Of a stretch of DNA of 45,580 nt, positions 1-7,622 are shown piece by piece. The stretch is from a virus. Taxonomy: Duplodnaviria > Caudoviricetes. The notes beneath the pieces were generated by a model. The model made no database searches and was not told the DNA's origin. It worked only from the letters and a program-made list of their open reading frames with translations. Numbering within the stretch: the first letter of the stretch is position 1; every line of letters begins with the position of its first letter. The position numbers and the translations under genes were made by a program. The DNA lies in IMG/VR virus record IMGVR_UViG_3300049730_000057, positions 1-45,580 of that record; one strand, written 5' to 3'.

Positions 1-657
1 AGCTTGATCTGGCGGCCATTGGGGAGGCTGGAGGCCCCTTCCTTCATGAGCGTTGAGAGATGCTCCCAGGCGTCCTTGACCAATGTTTGGCCATGCTCGT
101 TATAGCGGCGCTCGACAGCCACTTACGTGCCCCCGCATCCGGTTGGGTTGTTCAGCACTGAGCAGTCGGGGAATCGAAGGATGCCTTTTACCGCATGGTC
201 AAAATGCGCCCAGGCATCCCGCCCAATCACATCAGCATCAATGATGTGAGTCATCCAGGTGTCCTTGCGGCCTCGCTGGAAGAGCAGATCGCGCCAGGTG
301 AAGCCCAAGAAGTGCTGCTGGAAGGGGACATTGGGGTAGGTGTGACTCCACCCCTCTTCCAGGGCCTTGAGCACGTCGAAGAAGCGCACCCCGGGGTCAG
401 CCCCCGGGACGGCGCCAGCGATAACACGCATGATCCATTGAGACTGTCGAGCAGAGACCAGGACATTGACGAACGGGCGCCCATGGTTGGCGTAGTCGTT
501 CCCTGGAACAGGGGCAGGCCCTACCCGGATGGCTTCTGAGAGGTGCCAGAGGACCCGACCCCAGTACACCCCGGAGCGCCAGAGTGTCCAGAGAGCTTCC
601 TTCACGTCACCATGGGGGCCGATGACGCCATGGATGCCGTTCGGAAAGGGAGGCTGG
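1..657. repeat. Diverged allele of 44798-45454 (colinear, no indels)
   Basis: Same proteins encoded with mostly synonymous changes, e.g. VAVERRYNEHGQTLVKDAWEHL vs MAVERRYNEHGQALVKDSWDHL. Confidence 0.9.
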
Positions 658-1175
658 GGGTAGGGGTCAGTAAACAGGAGGCTCCGGTCCACAGCGTTGA
701 GGGATCGAAGGGTCTCATCAAGGCTGTACTCGATACTGTTGAGCTGAGCAGCCAGAAACTCTGACGCACCGGGTCGGAGGAGCTGAGCATCAGCCTTGGC
801 CCTGTTGGTGAACTCGACGGCATGTTCCAAGAAACTCATCCACAATGCCACTTGCTCAGAGCGAGGGAGGGCGTTCCAGGTGTCGTACTGGGGGGTGAAC
901 TGTGTCTCGGGGATGATCCCCAGCAGCCCACCCAGCACCCTATTGATGTGGGAGTGAGCATAGGAGATGTCTCGCACGAGATCAGCCACCCTGACGCGGT
1001 TCCCGGAGACCGTATGCACCTCCACCACCACAACCGTTGGGTAGATGGCGGCGGTGGTGAGGGCGGCTGAGGCCGCGTCAAGGTGGGCCAGGGCGGCCTT
1101 CTCCTGACTACTGAGGGCCCCGTAGGAGGTCACAGGGGCCAGGAGAAGGCATAGGGCGGCGATGAAACTTTTCAT
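123..1175 (-). CDS. Secreted hypothetical protein with signal peptide
   Basis: 350-aa ORF; N-terminus MKSFIAALCLLLAPVTSYG; protein conserved between the two alleles. Confidence 0.8.
   Translation of the reverse strand: MKSFIAALCLLLAPVTSYGALSSQEKAALAHLDAASAALTTAAIYPTVVVVEVHTVSGNRVRVADLVRDISYAHSHINRVLGGLLGIIPETQFTPQYDTWNALPRSEQVALWMSFLEHAVEFTNRAKADAQLLRPGASEFLAAQLNSIEYSLDETLRSLNAVDRSLLFTDPYPQPPFPNGIHGVIGPHGDVKEALWTLWRSGVYWGRVLWHLSEAIRVGPAPVPGNDYANHGRPFVNVLVSARQSQWIMRVIAGAVPGADPGVRFFDVLKALEEGWSHTYPNVPFQQHFLGFTWRDLLFQRGRKDTWMTHIIDADVIGRDAWAHFDHAVKGILRFPDCSVLNNPTGCGGT
658..783. repeat. Exact 126-bp terminal overlap with 45455-45580 (circular contig, unit length ~44,797 bp)
   Basis: Base-by-base identity of 658-783 with the last 126 nt, offset 44797. 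Confidence 0.93.
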
Positions 1176-1186
1176 TCAACCAAACC

Positions 1187-1543
1187 TCAACGTGGCTCAG
1201 GGTCACCAGCCGTTAGGGCCAGCTGGGTAGCCTGCCCATCCTTGAAGAGGGCGATAGCAGCATCGATATCAGCGTTGACGTCCTGGAGGTCATCGAAGGC
1301 GATGCCCAGGATTTCTCTGATATCCACTTCGGGATAGCCGTCAGCTTCGAGGTTATCCAGGGCCAAGAGGGCAGCGTCCATGAGGTCCATGCGCCTGCGG
1401 AACTGAGAGATGGAGAGTTGAACCTCTTCCATGGTCTGGGGCTTGAGGTCTAGGCGCGCTAGGCGCTCTAGACCCTCAAGCTGTGGAGTCATGATGGCTC
1501 GGTGATCCATTACCTCTTCTTGGAGATCATCCAGAAGAGCCAT
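1187..1543 (-). CDS. Acidic helical hypothetical protein
   Basis: 118-aa ORF packed tightly in the operon. Confidence 0.7.
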   Translation of the reverse strand: MALLDDLQEEVMDHRAIMTPQLEGLERLARLDLKPQTMEEVQLSISQFRRRMDLMDAALLALDNLEADGYPEVDIREILGIAFDDLQDVNADIDAAIALFKDGQATQLALTAGDPEPR

Positions 1544-1545
1544 GG

Positions 1546-1872
1546 TTACTTGGGCTCAGCAGGCCCCGCTGCCAGTCCGAAGGCGGCAGCCTGAGCACCC
1601 TGCACTTCGTAGGTGACGGTGTCCTGGATCAGAACTTCGCCTTCACCAAGGTCGGCGTCGGCCTCAATCAGGTATTCGGTGGTACCGGGGTTGTCGCCAG
1701 AGACAGCCTTGAACATCAGAGGGGTGGCGGCGTCCTGCTCGACGGTACCGTCGCCAGAGACCACCGTGACCCTGAGCGCCCCCTCAATCTGGGCGGGGCG
1801 ACCACTGGAAGTCATTGGACTGGCAGTAACAGGAACCTTCTGCTCGTTAGTGCTAGCGATGTTGAGAGGCAA
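1546..1872 (-). CDS. Beta-rich (Ig-like) hypothetical, possibly a virion accessory protein
   Basis: 108-aa ORF, TTG start after AAAGGA, alternating hydrophobic beta pattern. Confidence 0.6.
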   Translation of the reverse strand: MPLNIASTNEQKVPVTASPMTSSGRPAQIEGALRVTVVSGDGTVEQDAATPLMFKAVSGDNPGTTEYLIEADADLGEGEVLIQDTVTYEVQGAQAAAFGLAAGPAEPK

Positions 1873-1925
1873 GTTCAGACCAATCCTTTCATGGGGTGAG
1901 GGGTGACTGAGAGAGTGTTGATGTT

Positions 1926-2081
1926 GCCCCGCAACGTCTGGCAGGGGCCCCGTTAATCCCTCTATCGTTTAGAGGGCGGGTAACCTGAGTTCCCCTCTCA
2001 GGAGAGCTGGGACCGCTGGCGGCGCTAAGCCTTCATCATCAGAATAGGGTGGGGAGGTAGGCCGATGTGGGCCCCAGCTCT
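1926..2081 (-). ncRNA. Candidate structured RNA or leader with four stems
   Basis: Minus-strand stems AGAGCTGGGGCC/GGTCCCAGCTCT, CCTGAG/CTCAGG, CCCTCT/AGAGGG, GCCCC/GGGGC in an intergenic gap. Confidence 0.4.
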
Positions 2082-2111
2082 AGGAGCAGTCTAAAGGGAA
2101 CTGAAGCAGGG

Positions 2112-2276
2112 TCAAGGTTTGTAGACCTCAAACACCCAATCCATGTCTCCAATGTAAGCCTCGGCAGCCCTCTCAGCAGCCCGCTTACTGAAGAACTCGG
2201 TGGGGAGGGTCAGGGAGCCCCCTTCGAAGCAAGGCTCGTCAGAGCAGGCCTCGCAGAAGATGACCGCTCTCCACAT
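2112..2276 (-). CDS. Small CxxC-containing hypothetical protein
   Basis: MWRAVIFCEAC...; GGGAGG RBS upstream of the ATG at 2276; alternative ATG at 2294. Confidence 0.55.
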   Translation of the reverse strand: MWRAVIFCEACSDEPCFEGGSLTLPTEFFSKRAAERAAEAYIGDMDWVFEVYKP

Positions 2277-2306
2277 TCCAGCCTCCCGTCTCATGACACA
2301 GATTCC

Positions 2307-2366
2307 CGTATATTCAGTTTGGGGACGTACAGGTATCTGGACTGTTCGAGCCGTCGATTTATTCAC
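2307..2366 (-). promoter_or_regulatory. 60-bp element, copy A
   Basis: 43/60 ungapped identity to 28261-28320; adjacent CTCATGACACAG at 2290-2301. Confidence 0.7.
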
Positions 2367-2728
2367 CTGATTCGACCCCACCTCGAAAATAGTTCCATGA
2401 GCCCGCTAACTAGCTGATTTCCCTAGAGGGGGCCCCAGAGCCCGGTACGACTGATTCTAGCACCCTGGGCGAGGTGGAGGCGAGGGGGGCTATCTAGCTA
2501 TGGTTTCAGGAAAATGGGGGCTCCAAGGCTCTCCTAGGCTCACGAAGGGGCATTGTACGGGGGCGCTGGGGGGCGGGGAAAAGGCTCCATCTGTGTGTAT
2601 TTAGGTATGCCAGGCCATGCCCCAACCTACCCGGCCAGGGGGGCCCCACCACTCGGGATGGGGGCCAGCCAGGAGAGGGGCAGGGGATGGCTCATCGCTT
2701 GGGCATGCTCATGATATCAATCATTTGC

Positions 2729-2766
2729 GGGGTAGGGGTGGGGAGAGGGTGGGGAGGGGGTGAGGG
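2729..2766 (+). other. G-run tract able to form a G-quadruplex, in the large non-coding region
   Basis: GGGG-ta-GGGG-t-GGGG-aga-GGG-t-GGGG-a-GGGGG-tga-GGG. Confidence 0.5.
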
Positions 2767-3012
2767 TGGCTGGTGGTCTGGAATAGGGGCAGAGCAGTGC
2801 GTCAATGTGTGTATGACAAAGTGTGTGACAAGTGTAAGTGGCTGAGAAGTAAGGGAAGACTGTGTGTTATAAAATCTTCAACAGTCAACCTGACAAAATG
2901 CCCGATTCATGATGCTACAACGCTAGCACGCTAACATGCTGACTTTGCAGCACTCGTGCTATCAAGCCCGCCATCCTGCCCGAGTGCCCCGCCCGCTGGG
3001 TAGCGGGCATTC

Positions 3013-3110
3013 TGTCATGAGCCCAAGTATCCCGCCCGTCGAAGTCCTTGATTCGATTGCTCGTATCCCCCTGGTACGAAAGCGGCACGCAAGGTGCATT
3101 GTCATGAGCC
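3013..3110 (+). promoter_or_regulatory. Two TGTCATGAGCC boxes (3013-3023, 3100-3110) upstream of the early operon
   Basis: Perfect copies of the genome-wide 11-mer, both followed by CA. Confidence 0.65.
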
Positions 3111-3138
3111 CAGATCGCAGCACACAGGAGACAGGCGA

Positions 3139-3351
3139 ATGGACACACCGATGACTCGCAAAGACGCACTCGAAAGCCTGATCGATCAGAGCACCCTTCC
3201 TGAGGTCCTCGCCGATCTTGCCCATGTCTGCGGGGAGAAGGCCGAGCACCTCCGCGCCAATTGGCAGGACGAAGTGACGGCTAGGCAATGGGAGAAGGCA
3301 GCTGACTGCATTGACAAGGCAGCTGCTCGAATCATGGGCCTGGGGCTGTGA
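3139..3351 (+). CDS. Early hypothetical protein
   Basis: AGGAG RBS; 70-aa helical ORF. Confidence 0.7.
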   Translation: MDTPMTRKDALESLIDQSTLPEVLADLAHVCGEKAEHLRANWQDEVTARQWEKAADCIDKAAARIMGLGL

Positions 3352-3463
3352 TTAGCTTCAAGTTTCGCATCTTCACAGCCAACGGCTACCTGTGGCTCGT
3401 CCTCCATCAACCCGTCTGCCGCGCTTGGGGGTTCAAGTGGGGGCAGACCGTGCGAGTAGTGGC

Positions 3464-3643
3464 ATGAGACCACATGGGGCCGGATGGAAGCTTCGATGGA
3501 CGGTACGCAAGTGGGAAGGCAACAAGCCACTACGCATCTACATCCGCACCATGCCGAACGGGTCATGGGAGCGCTTCGCAATCTGCGAGGACGAGTGGGA
3601 GCATACCGACTCCCGCCATACCAGGCTCGGAGGCAGCGACTAG
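3464..3643 (+). CDS. Early hypothetical protein
   Basis: ATG overlaps the stop of a 39-aa ORF at 3348-3467. Confidence 0.5.
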   Translation: MRPHGAGWKLRWTVRKWEGNKPLRIYIRTMPNGSWERFAICEDEWEHTDSRHTRLGGSD

Positions 3644-3700
3644 ATTGCAGACTCGGGGCGCATCTAGCCATACCGCGCCCCCACCGCTCTAGCAGCACCA
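3644..3700 (+). promoter_or_regulatory. Repeated hairpin motif, copy 1
   Basis: ATTGCAGACT, 7-bp stem, 13-nt loop, stem, ACCGC...GCAGCACCA; same geometry at 5034-5084. Confidence 0.55.
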
Positions 3701-3728
3701 AATCAGAGAGCGCACAGGAGAGACACAC

Positions 3729-4727
3729 ATGGCCCACGATCTGAGCATCCAGAACGGCAAGGTTGAGATGGCCTACAGCGGGGACACTCCCTGGCACTCA
3801 CTCGGCACCCGGGTAGACGGTCTCCAGACACCTCAGGACATGGTGAGGGTGGCTATCCCCTTCACTGTGGGACTGCGCGAGGTGTACCAGCAGGTAGATG
3901 GCCAGCCGAGCCTGATCCAGGGGCACCGGGCCATCGTCCGAGAGGATACCAATGTGGTTCTGGGCATGGCCAGTAAGAATTACAAGCCAGTCCAGAACCT
4001 CCAGGTTGCCGAGATCATGGACGCCATCGTCAGTGAGGGCAACGCCACGGTCGAAGTCTGTGGCGCCCTTGGCAATGGCGGAGAGTGCTGGATGCTCTCC
4101 CGTATCCCTGACACCTTCGAGGTCACCCGGGGCGATCAGATCAACAACTATGTCCTGCTGGCATGGGGCCATGACGGCAAGCATGGGATCGCGGGCAAGG
4201 TCACTCCCACCCGAGTGGTCTGCCGCAACACCCTGAGGGCAGCTGGCTTCGGCAAGGGCAAGTGGAGCACGAGTGCCGATCTGTACCTCAAGCATTACGG
4301 GGACATGAGAGTCAGGATCGCTGAGGCACGGGATGCTCTTGGCTTGATCCACAAGCAGGTGGAGACCACGCAAGAGGCCTACAAGGCTCTCGCCGCTCAC
4401 CAGGTGACCACCGAAGAGGTCCGCGCCTACTTCAAGACTCTCTTCCCCGAGCCCGTCAAGCCTGAGACCCCTACCAGTGCCTACAAGGAGCAGGTGAACC
4501 ATTGGCTTGACCGCTACTCAGAGCTTATCAGCGCCTATGAGAGTGCTCCCGGGGCCACTCCAGGGACAGCGTGGGGCGCCTACAACGCCGTGACCTACTA
4601 CACCGATCATCGCTACCCGATCCTGAGCAATGGCCAGTGGTCGCAGTCTCGGGTGCAAACGGTTGCAGCTGGCAGCATGGCCACGGTCAAAGACAAGGCA
4701 CTCACGGAAGCTCTGGCCCTGCTGTAA
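3729..4727 (+). CDS. DUF932-family (phage/plasmid-like TIGR03299-type) protein
   Basis: PWHSLG, YKPVQN, GALGNG, TPTRVVCRNTL, GTAWGAYNAVTYYTDH motifs. Confidence 0.85.
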   Translation: MAHDLSIQNGKVEMAYSGDTPWHSLGTRVDGLQTPQDMVRVAIPFTVGLREVYQQVDGQPSLIQGHRAIVREDTNVVLGMASKNYKPVQNLQVAEIMDAIVSEGNATVEVCGALGNGGECWMLSRIPDTFEVTRGDQINNYVLLAWGHDGKHGIAGKVTPTRVVCRNTLRAAGFGKGKWSTSADLYLKHYGDMRVRIAEARDALGLIHKQVETTQEAYKALAAHQVTTEEVRAYFKTLFPEPVKPETPTSAYKEQVNHWLDRYSELISAYESAPGATPGTAWGAYNAVTYYTDHRYPILSNGQWSQSRVQTVAAGSMATVKDKALTEALALL

Positions 4728-4730
4728 GCA

Positions 4731-4795
4731 AGGCGAAACCTAGGGGCCAGCAATGGCCCCGATGGTCTCCAGGTATCACCTGGACTGATGAGCCT
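4731..4795 (+). ncRNA. Type II hammerhead ribozyme
   Basis: AGGC-GAAA-stem III-GUC (4765-4767)-stem I TCCAGGT/ACCTGGA-CTGATGA-GCCT; complete catalytic core. Confidence 0.9.
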
Positions 4796-4833
4796 GAGAG
4801 GGGCCATACGCATCGTAGCCTGAGGAGGCACAC

Positions 4834-5028
4834 ATGCAGATTCAATGTGAGAAGTGTGGGTGTATCGGGATCAATTTTCCTCGGAAGTGGGCGCATGAGG
4901 AAGCTAAACAGCACCGAGCCAAGCATAGGGCCCTAGGCGTGAACGGGCACCATGGCGATGTCCGGGTGAAGGTCGAGAAGGATGGAGACATAGGGGCGCT
5001 TGCGATGTTCACGCTACCCCGACGCTAG
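4834..5028 (+). CDS. Small Zn-finger-like protein
   Basis: CxxC...HxxxH; GAGGAGG RBS. Confidence 0.65.
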   Translation: MQIQCEKCGCIGINFPRKWAHEEAKQHRAKHRALGVNGHHGDVRVKVEKDGDIGALAMFTLPRR

Positions 5029-5033
5029 CCCAT

Positions 5034-5084
5034 ATTGCAGACTTGGCCCCCATCTGCCGCACCGGGGGGCCGACCGCAGCACCA
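5034..5084 (+). promoter_or_regulatory. Repeated hairpin motif, copy 2
   Basis: Stem GGCCCCC/GGGGGCC with 3 compensatory changes relative to copy 1. Confidence 0.55.
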
Positions 5085-5104
5085 TCAATGCAGAGGGGGA
5101 GAGC

Positions 5105-5443
5105 ATGAGCACCTATCCGACGCCGGGACCATGGTTCGTGAGGGAGAGTACGTGCAAGCGGCACTCGCCCGGAGACCCAGAGTGCAGGATCGGGCCAGAT
5201 GTCATGGTCCGCACGGGGGAGGATTTGCCCGTGGCACAGTGTTACGGGTCGCCCCACCGGAGCCTGAATCAGGCGAAGGATAACGCTCGCCTGATCGCCG
5301 CGGCGCCGGAGATGTTGGCATTCCTGAAGCTTGTGGCCGACTACCAGCACGCCGCATGGTCGGATGACGCTGAAGAGCAGCGGTCAGCCTTTGCCATGAG
5401 TGCATGGGAGATCATCGCCAAGATCGAAGGGAGGGAGGCATGA
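5105..5443 (+). CDS. TPGPW...NARLIAAAPE-type phage protein, paralog 1
   Basis: Motifs common in small phage early proteins; paralog at 6109-6471. Confidence 0.75.
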   Translation: MSTYPTPGPWFVRESTCKRHSPGDPECRIGPDVMVRTGEDLPVAQCYGSPHRSLNQAKDNARLIAAAPEMLAFLKLVADYQHAAWSDDAEEQRSAFAMSAWEIIAKIEGREA

Positions 5444-5676
5444 GCACCCTGCGACCAAAGCACAGGGCTAGAACCTATGGAGACTTGCCCAGAACCCCCT
5501 CACATGGGGTGCTCCTAGGGTGCTTGATCGAAGGGCATGACGAGTATTCAGCCTCTAGGGGTGACTACTTTCTTATTCCAGATGAGGCGAAGCTGCCTGA
5601 GTGCTCAGTCTGTGGGGCGAGATGCCAGCTGATGAGGAAGAGGGTTGTCAGATCAGTAGTGGGGGTGGAGCCATGA
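5440..5676 (+). CDS. Small Zn-binding hypothetical protein
   Basis: ATGA overlap, GGAGG RBS, CxxC. Confidence 0.6.
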   Translation: MSTLRPKHRARTYGDLPRTPSHGVLLGCLIEGHDEYSASRGDYFLIPDEAKLPECSVCGARCQLMRKRVVRSVVGVEP

Positions 5677-5909
5677 CCACCACCACCACCACCACCTACC
5701 ACGACATGACCGACGTAGCGAAGTGGGATTGCCCGGTCCTGGTTGAGTCTCAGCTGTACCAGGAGAAGCTTGCCCGCTGGCCCCTGCCCTTGCAGGGGCT
5801 CAAGCTCGATAGCTGGCTGTATGCGGCAGCCAACAAGAGAGAGCATCATGACAAGGTGTCGTGTTGGAGTGTGGATGAGACGTTGGTGTTTGAGGGGTGG
5901 CCCAACTGA
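5673..5909 (+). CDS. Hypothetical protein with poly-Thr N-terminus, paralog 1
   Basis: (ACC)7 after the ATG; KLARWP.PLQGLKLDSWLYA shared with 6468-6740. Confidence 0.75.
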   Translation: MTTTTTTTYHDMTDVAKWDCPVLVESQLYQEKLARWPLPLQGLKLDSWLYAAANKREHHDKVSCWSVDETLVFEGWPN

Positions 5910-5962
5910 TGGCCCCCTGGAGCCGACCGCAGGTGAGCAGTCAAATTGCAGAGGAGGAGACC

Positions 5963-6112
5963 ATGAGTAACCCTGAGACAATCCCAAATGAGCAGTGCTC
6001 CTGCATCGTCGGGCCCGAATGGTCGGGTTCGCCCGTCAACAATGACACCGCATGGGAGTGCGACGAGTGCGGCCGGATCATCCCGTGCGACGAAGAAGGG
6101 GCCAAGGCATGA
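5963..6112 (+). CDS. Small Cys-rich protein
   Basis: GAGGAGG RBS; CxC...CxxC. Confidence 0.55.
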   Translation: MSNPETIPNEQCSCIVGPEWSGSPVNNDTAWECDECGRIIPCDEEGAKA

Positions 6113-6471
6113 GCACCCACACGCCGGGACCGTGGAAGGCTGAAGTCGTTAGCAGGAGCATGGATCAAGGGCGCCGTGCCCAGATTCAGATTCACGGCAG
6201 CATCACGCCCATATCTGCCGTTGTGGTGGCGGACCTACCCACTACGCTAGCGTGGCCACCACCTGAACCGGGCCACCATGCAACGTGGGATGGTCTCCTG
6301 GCTAACGCTCACCTGATCGCCGCGGCGCCTGAGATGCTGTCAGCATTAAGGGTGCTCCTGACCAGGTACGACGAGCTAACCACGGGCCGGACAAAGGCAC
6401 ACATCCAGTTTCAAAGGGAGATTGAGCCAGTACGCGCCCTCATCGCCAAGATCGAAGGGGCTATCCAGTGA
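6109..6471 (+). CDS. TPGPW...NAHLIAAAPE-type phage protein, paralog 2
   Basis: Homologous ends with 5105-5443 (IAKIEG). Confidence 0.75.
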   Translation: MSTHTPGPWKAEVVSRSMDQGRRAQIQIHGSITPISAVVVADLPTTLAWPPPEPGHHATWDGLLANAHLIAAAPEMLSALRVLLTRYDELTTGRTKAHIQFQREIEPVRALIAKIEGAIQ

Positions 6472-6740
6472 CCACCACCACCACCACCATTGACCACTGG
6501 CCCCAGGACAAGCAGGGCTACTACCATAACCTGACCCGGATAGCTGACTGGGGCTGCCCAGTCTTCGTAGAGACAAAGCTGTATCACGCGAAGCTCGCCC
6601 GCTGGCCCGAGCCCTTGCAGGGGCTCAAGCTTGACAGCTGGTTGTATGCCCTAGCGAACCGGAGGGAGCACAGTGACAAGGTGACAGGGGGGAAGTTTGA
6701 CAACATGCTGGTGTTTGAGGCTGGAGGGAGCCATGAGTGA
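6468..6740 (+). CDS. Hypothetical protein with poly-Thr N-terminus, paralog 2
   Basis: (ACC)6 after the GTG; homolog of 5673-5909. Confidence 0.75.
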   Translation: MTTTTTTIDHWPQDKQGYYHNLTRIADWGCPVFVETKLYHAKLARWPEPLQGLKLDSWLYALANRREHSDKVTGGKFDNMLVFEAGGSHE

Positions 6741-6894
6741 GTTTATCGTCACGCTCACAATGAAATATCGAGTCCGAGCACCTGATAAGAAGGCGGCTAG
6801 TCAAAAGGTACATGACCGAATATGCGCCCCAGAGGATGATCCTCCAGGCGATCTGGAGTATTGGAAGGTCACTAGTAAAGAGGTTGGAGCCTAA
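6733..6894 (+). CDS. Small hypothetical protein
   Basis: GGAGGGAG RBS; 53 aa. Confidence 0.6.
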   Translation: MSEFIVTLTMKYRVRAPDKKAASQKVHDRICAPEDDPPGDLEYWKVTSKEVGA

Positions 6895-6905
6895 AGGAGA
6901 ACAAC

Positions 6906-7085
6906 ATGCCAAGATTCATTGTTAAGGCAACGGTGAGACTGTCAGTCATCGCGGATAACGTCGACGCAGCAGAAGAGCGAGCGTGGTCTATCCTACAGGC
7001 TTTGGAGCGGAAAGATCATGGCTTGGATGTGAGCGTCATAGCTTCCCTTAAGGATGAGACTCGGCTAGCGGAGGGGGGCGCCTAG
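6906..7085 (+). CDS. Small hypothetical protein (not in the ORF track)
   Basis: AAGGAG RBS; MPRFIVKATVRLSVIADN..., 59 aa. Confidence 0.6.
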   Translation: MPRFIVKATVRLSVIADNVDAAEERAWSILQALERKDHGLDVSVIASLKDETRLAEGGA

Positions 7086-7097
7086 CCCCCTTCTTCA
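7071..7097. terminator. GC-rich hairpin at the convergence of the early and integrase units
   Basis: GAGGGGGGC-GCCTA-GCCCCCTTC followed by TTC. Confidence 0.5.
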
Positions 7098-7255
7098 CAA
7101 CTATCTAGCCCCTCGACAGCCTCTTCTCTTGTAGCCCACACCCCCGCCAGACAGTTATCCTCATTCTCCCGAACCATCGCTAGCTCTGCCTCATCCTCAA
7201 TTCTGGCAAAGGTCCAGCTGGCAACAGTAGGAGTACCAGTGCCCGATCCGGGCCT

Positions 7256-7483
7256 CTATCGGCAGCAGGGGCGCATCTGCGGCCTCTGTGGCAGCACCAC
7301 CGGGGTATTCACCGGAGGCTGCTGCGGAATCATGACCGGTGGGTAGGTCACCACCTGCCCATAGTTACTCTGTAGCAACCCCTGGCTGAGCCCCTGACCT
7401 GCCCCCACCCAGTTCACCTCTCCCGAGGCACAACCTGCCCCCAGGATGCTCACAGATGCTGCTAGAGCCATCTCTTTAAGCAT
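7256..7483 (-). CDS. Putative lipoprotein (candidate superinfection-exclusion factor)
   Basis: Hydrophobic leader plus lipobox LGAG-C; co-oriented downstream of the integrase; function is inference. Confidence 0.5.
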   Translation of the reverse strand: MLKEMALAASVSILGAGCASGEVNWVGAGQGLSQGLLQSNYGQVVTYPPVMIPQQPPVNTPVVLPQRPQMRPCCR

Positions 7484-7486
7484 GTG

Positions 7487-7552
7487 TCACCCCTCCACCA
7501 GAGACAGTACCACGACCCACAGAACCACCAGCGTCAAGAGCACCCAGATCAT
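7487..7552 (-). CDS. 21-aa transmembrane peptide
   Basis: MIWVLLTLVVLWVVVLSLVEG with GGGGAGG RBS. Confidence 0.4.
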   Translation of the reverse strand: MIWVLLTLVVLWVVVLSLVEG

Positions 7553-7622
7553 GCCCCACCCTCCCCCTGTAACATGTTGACTTGCTTACCTGTACGATGC
7601 TCGAACCCCACCTTACGATGCA

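Noticed and set aside
123-657. Diversity-generating retroelement TR/VR pair with 44920-45454
   Set aside because: Differences are mostly synonymous and not adenine-specific, extend into the neighbouring gene, and no reverse transcriptase is present
5045-5095. HDV-like ribozyme
   Set aside because: P1 and a possible P2 exist, but there is no room for P3/L3, no P1.1 GG, and the pseudoknot is not conserved in copy 1
7103-7259. Possible frameshifted minus-strand gene (HWYSYCCQLDL...EDEAEL...WATREEA)
   Set aside because: Needs two frameshifts and has no clear start; cannot be supported without homologs
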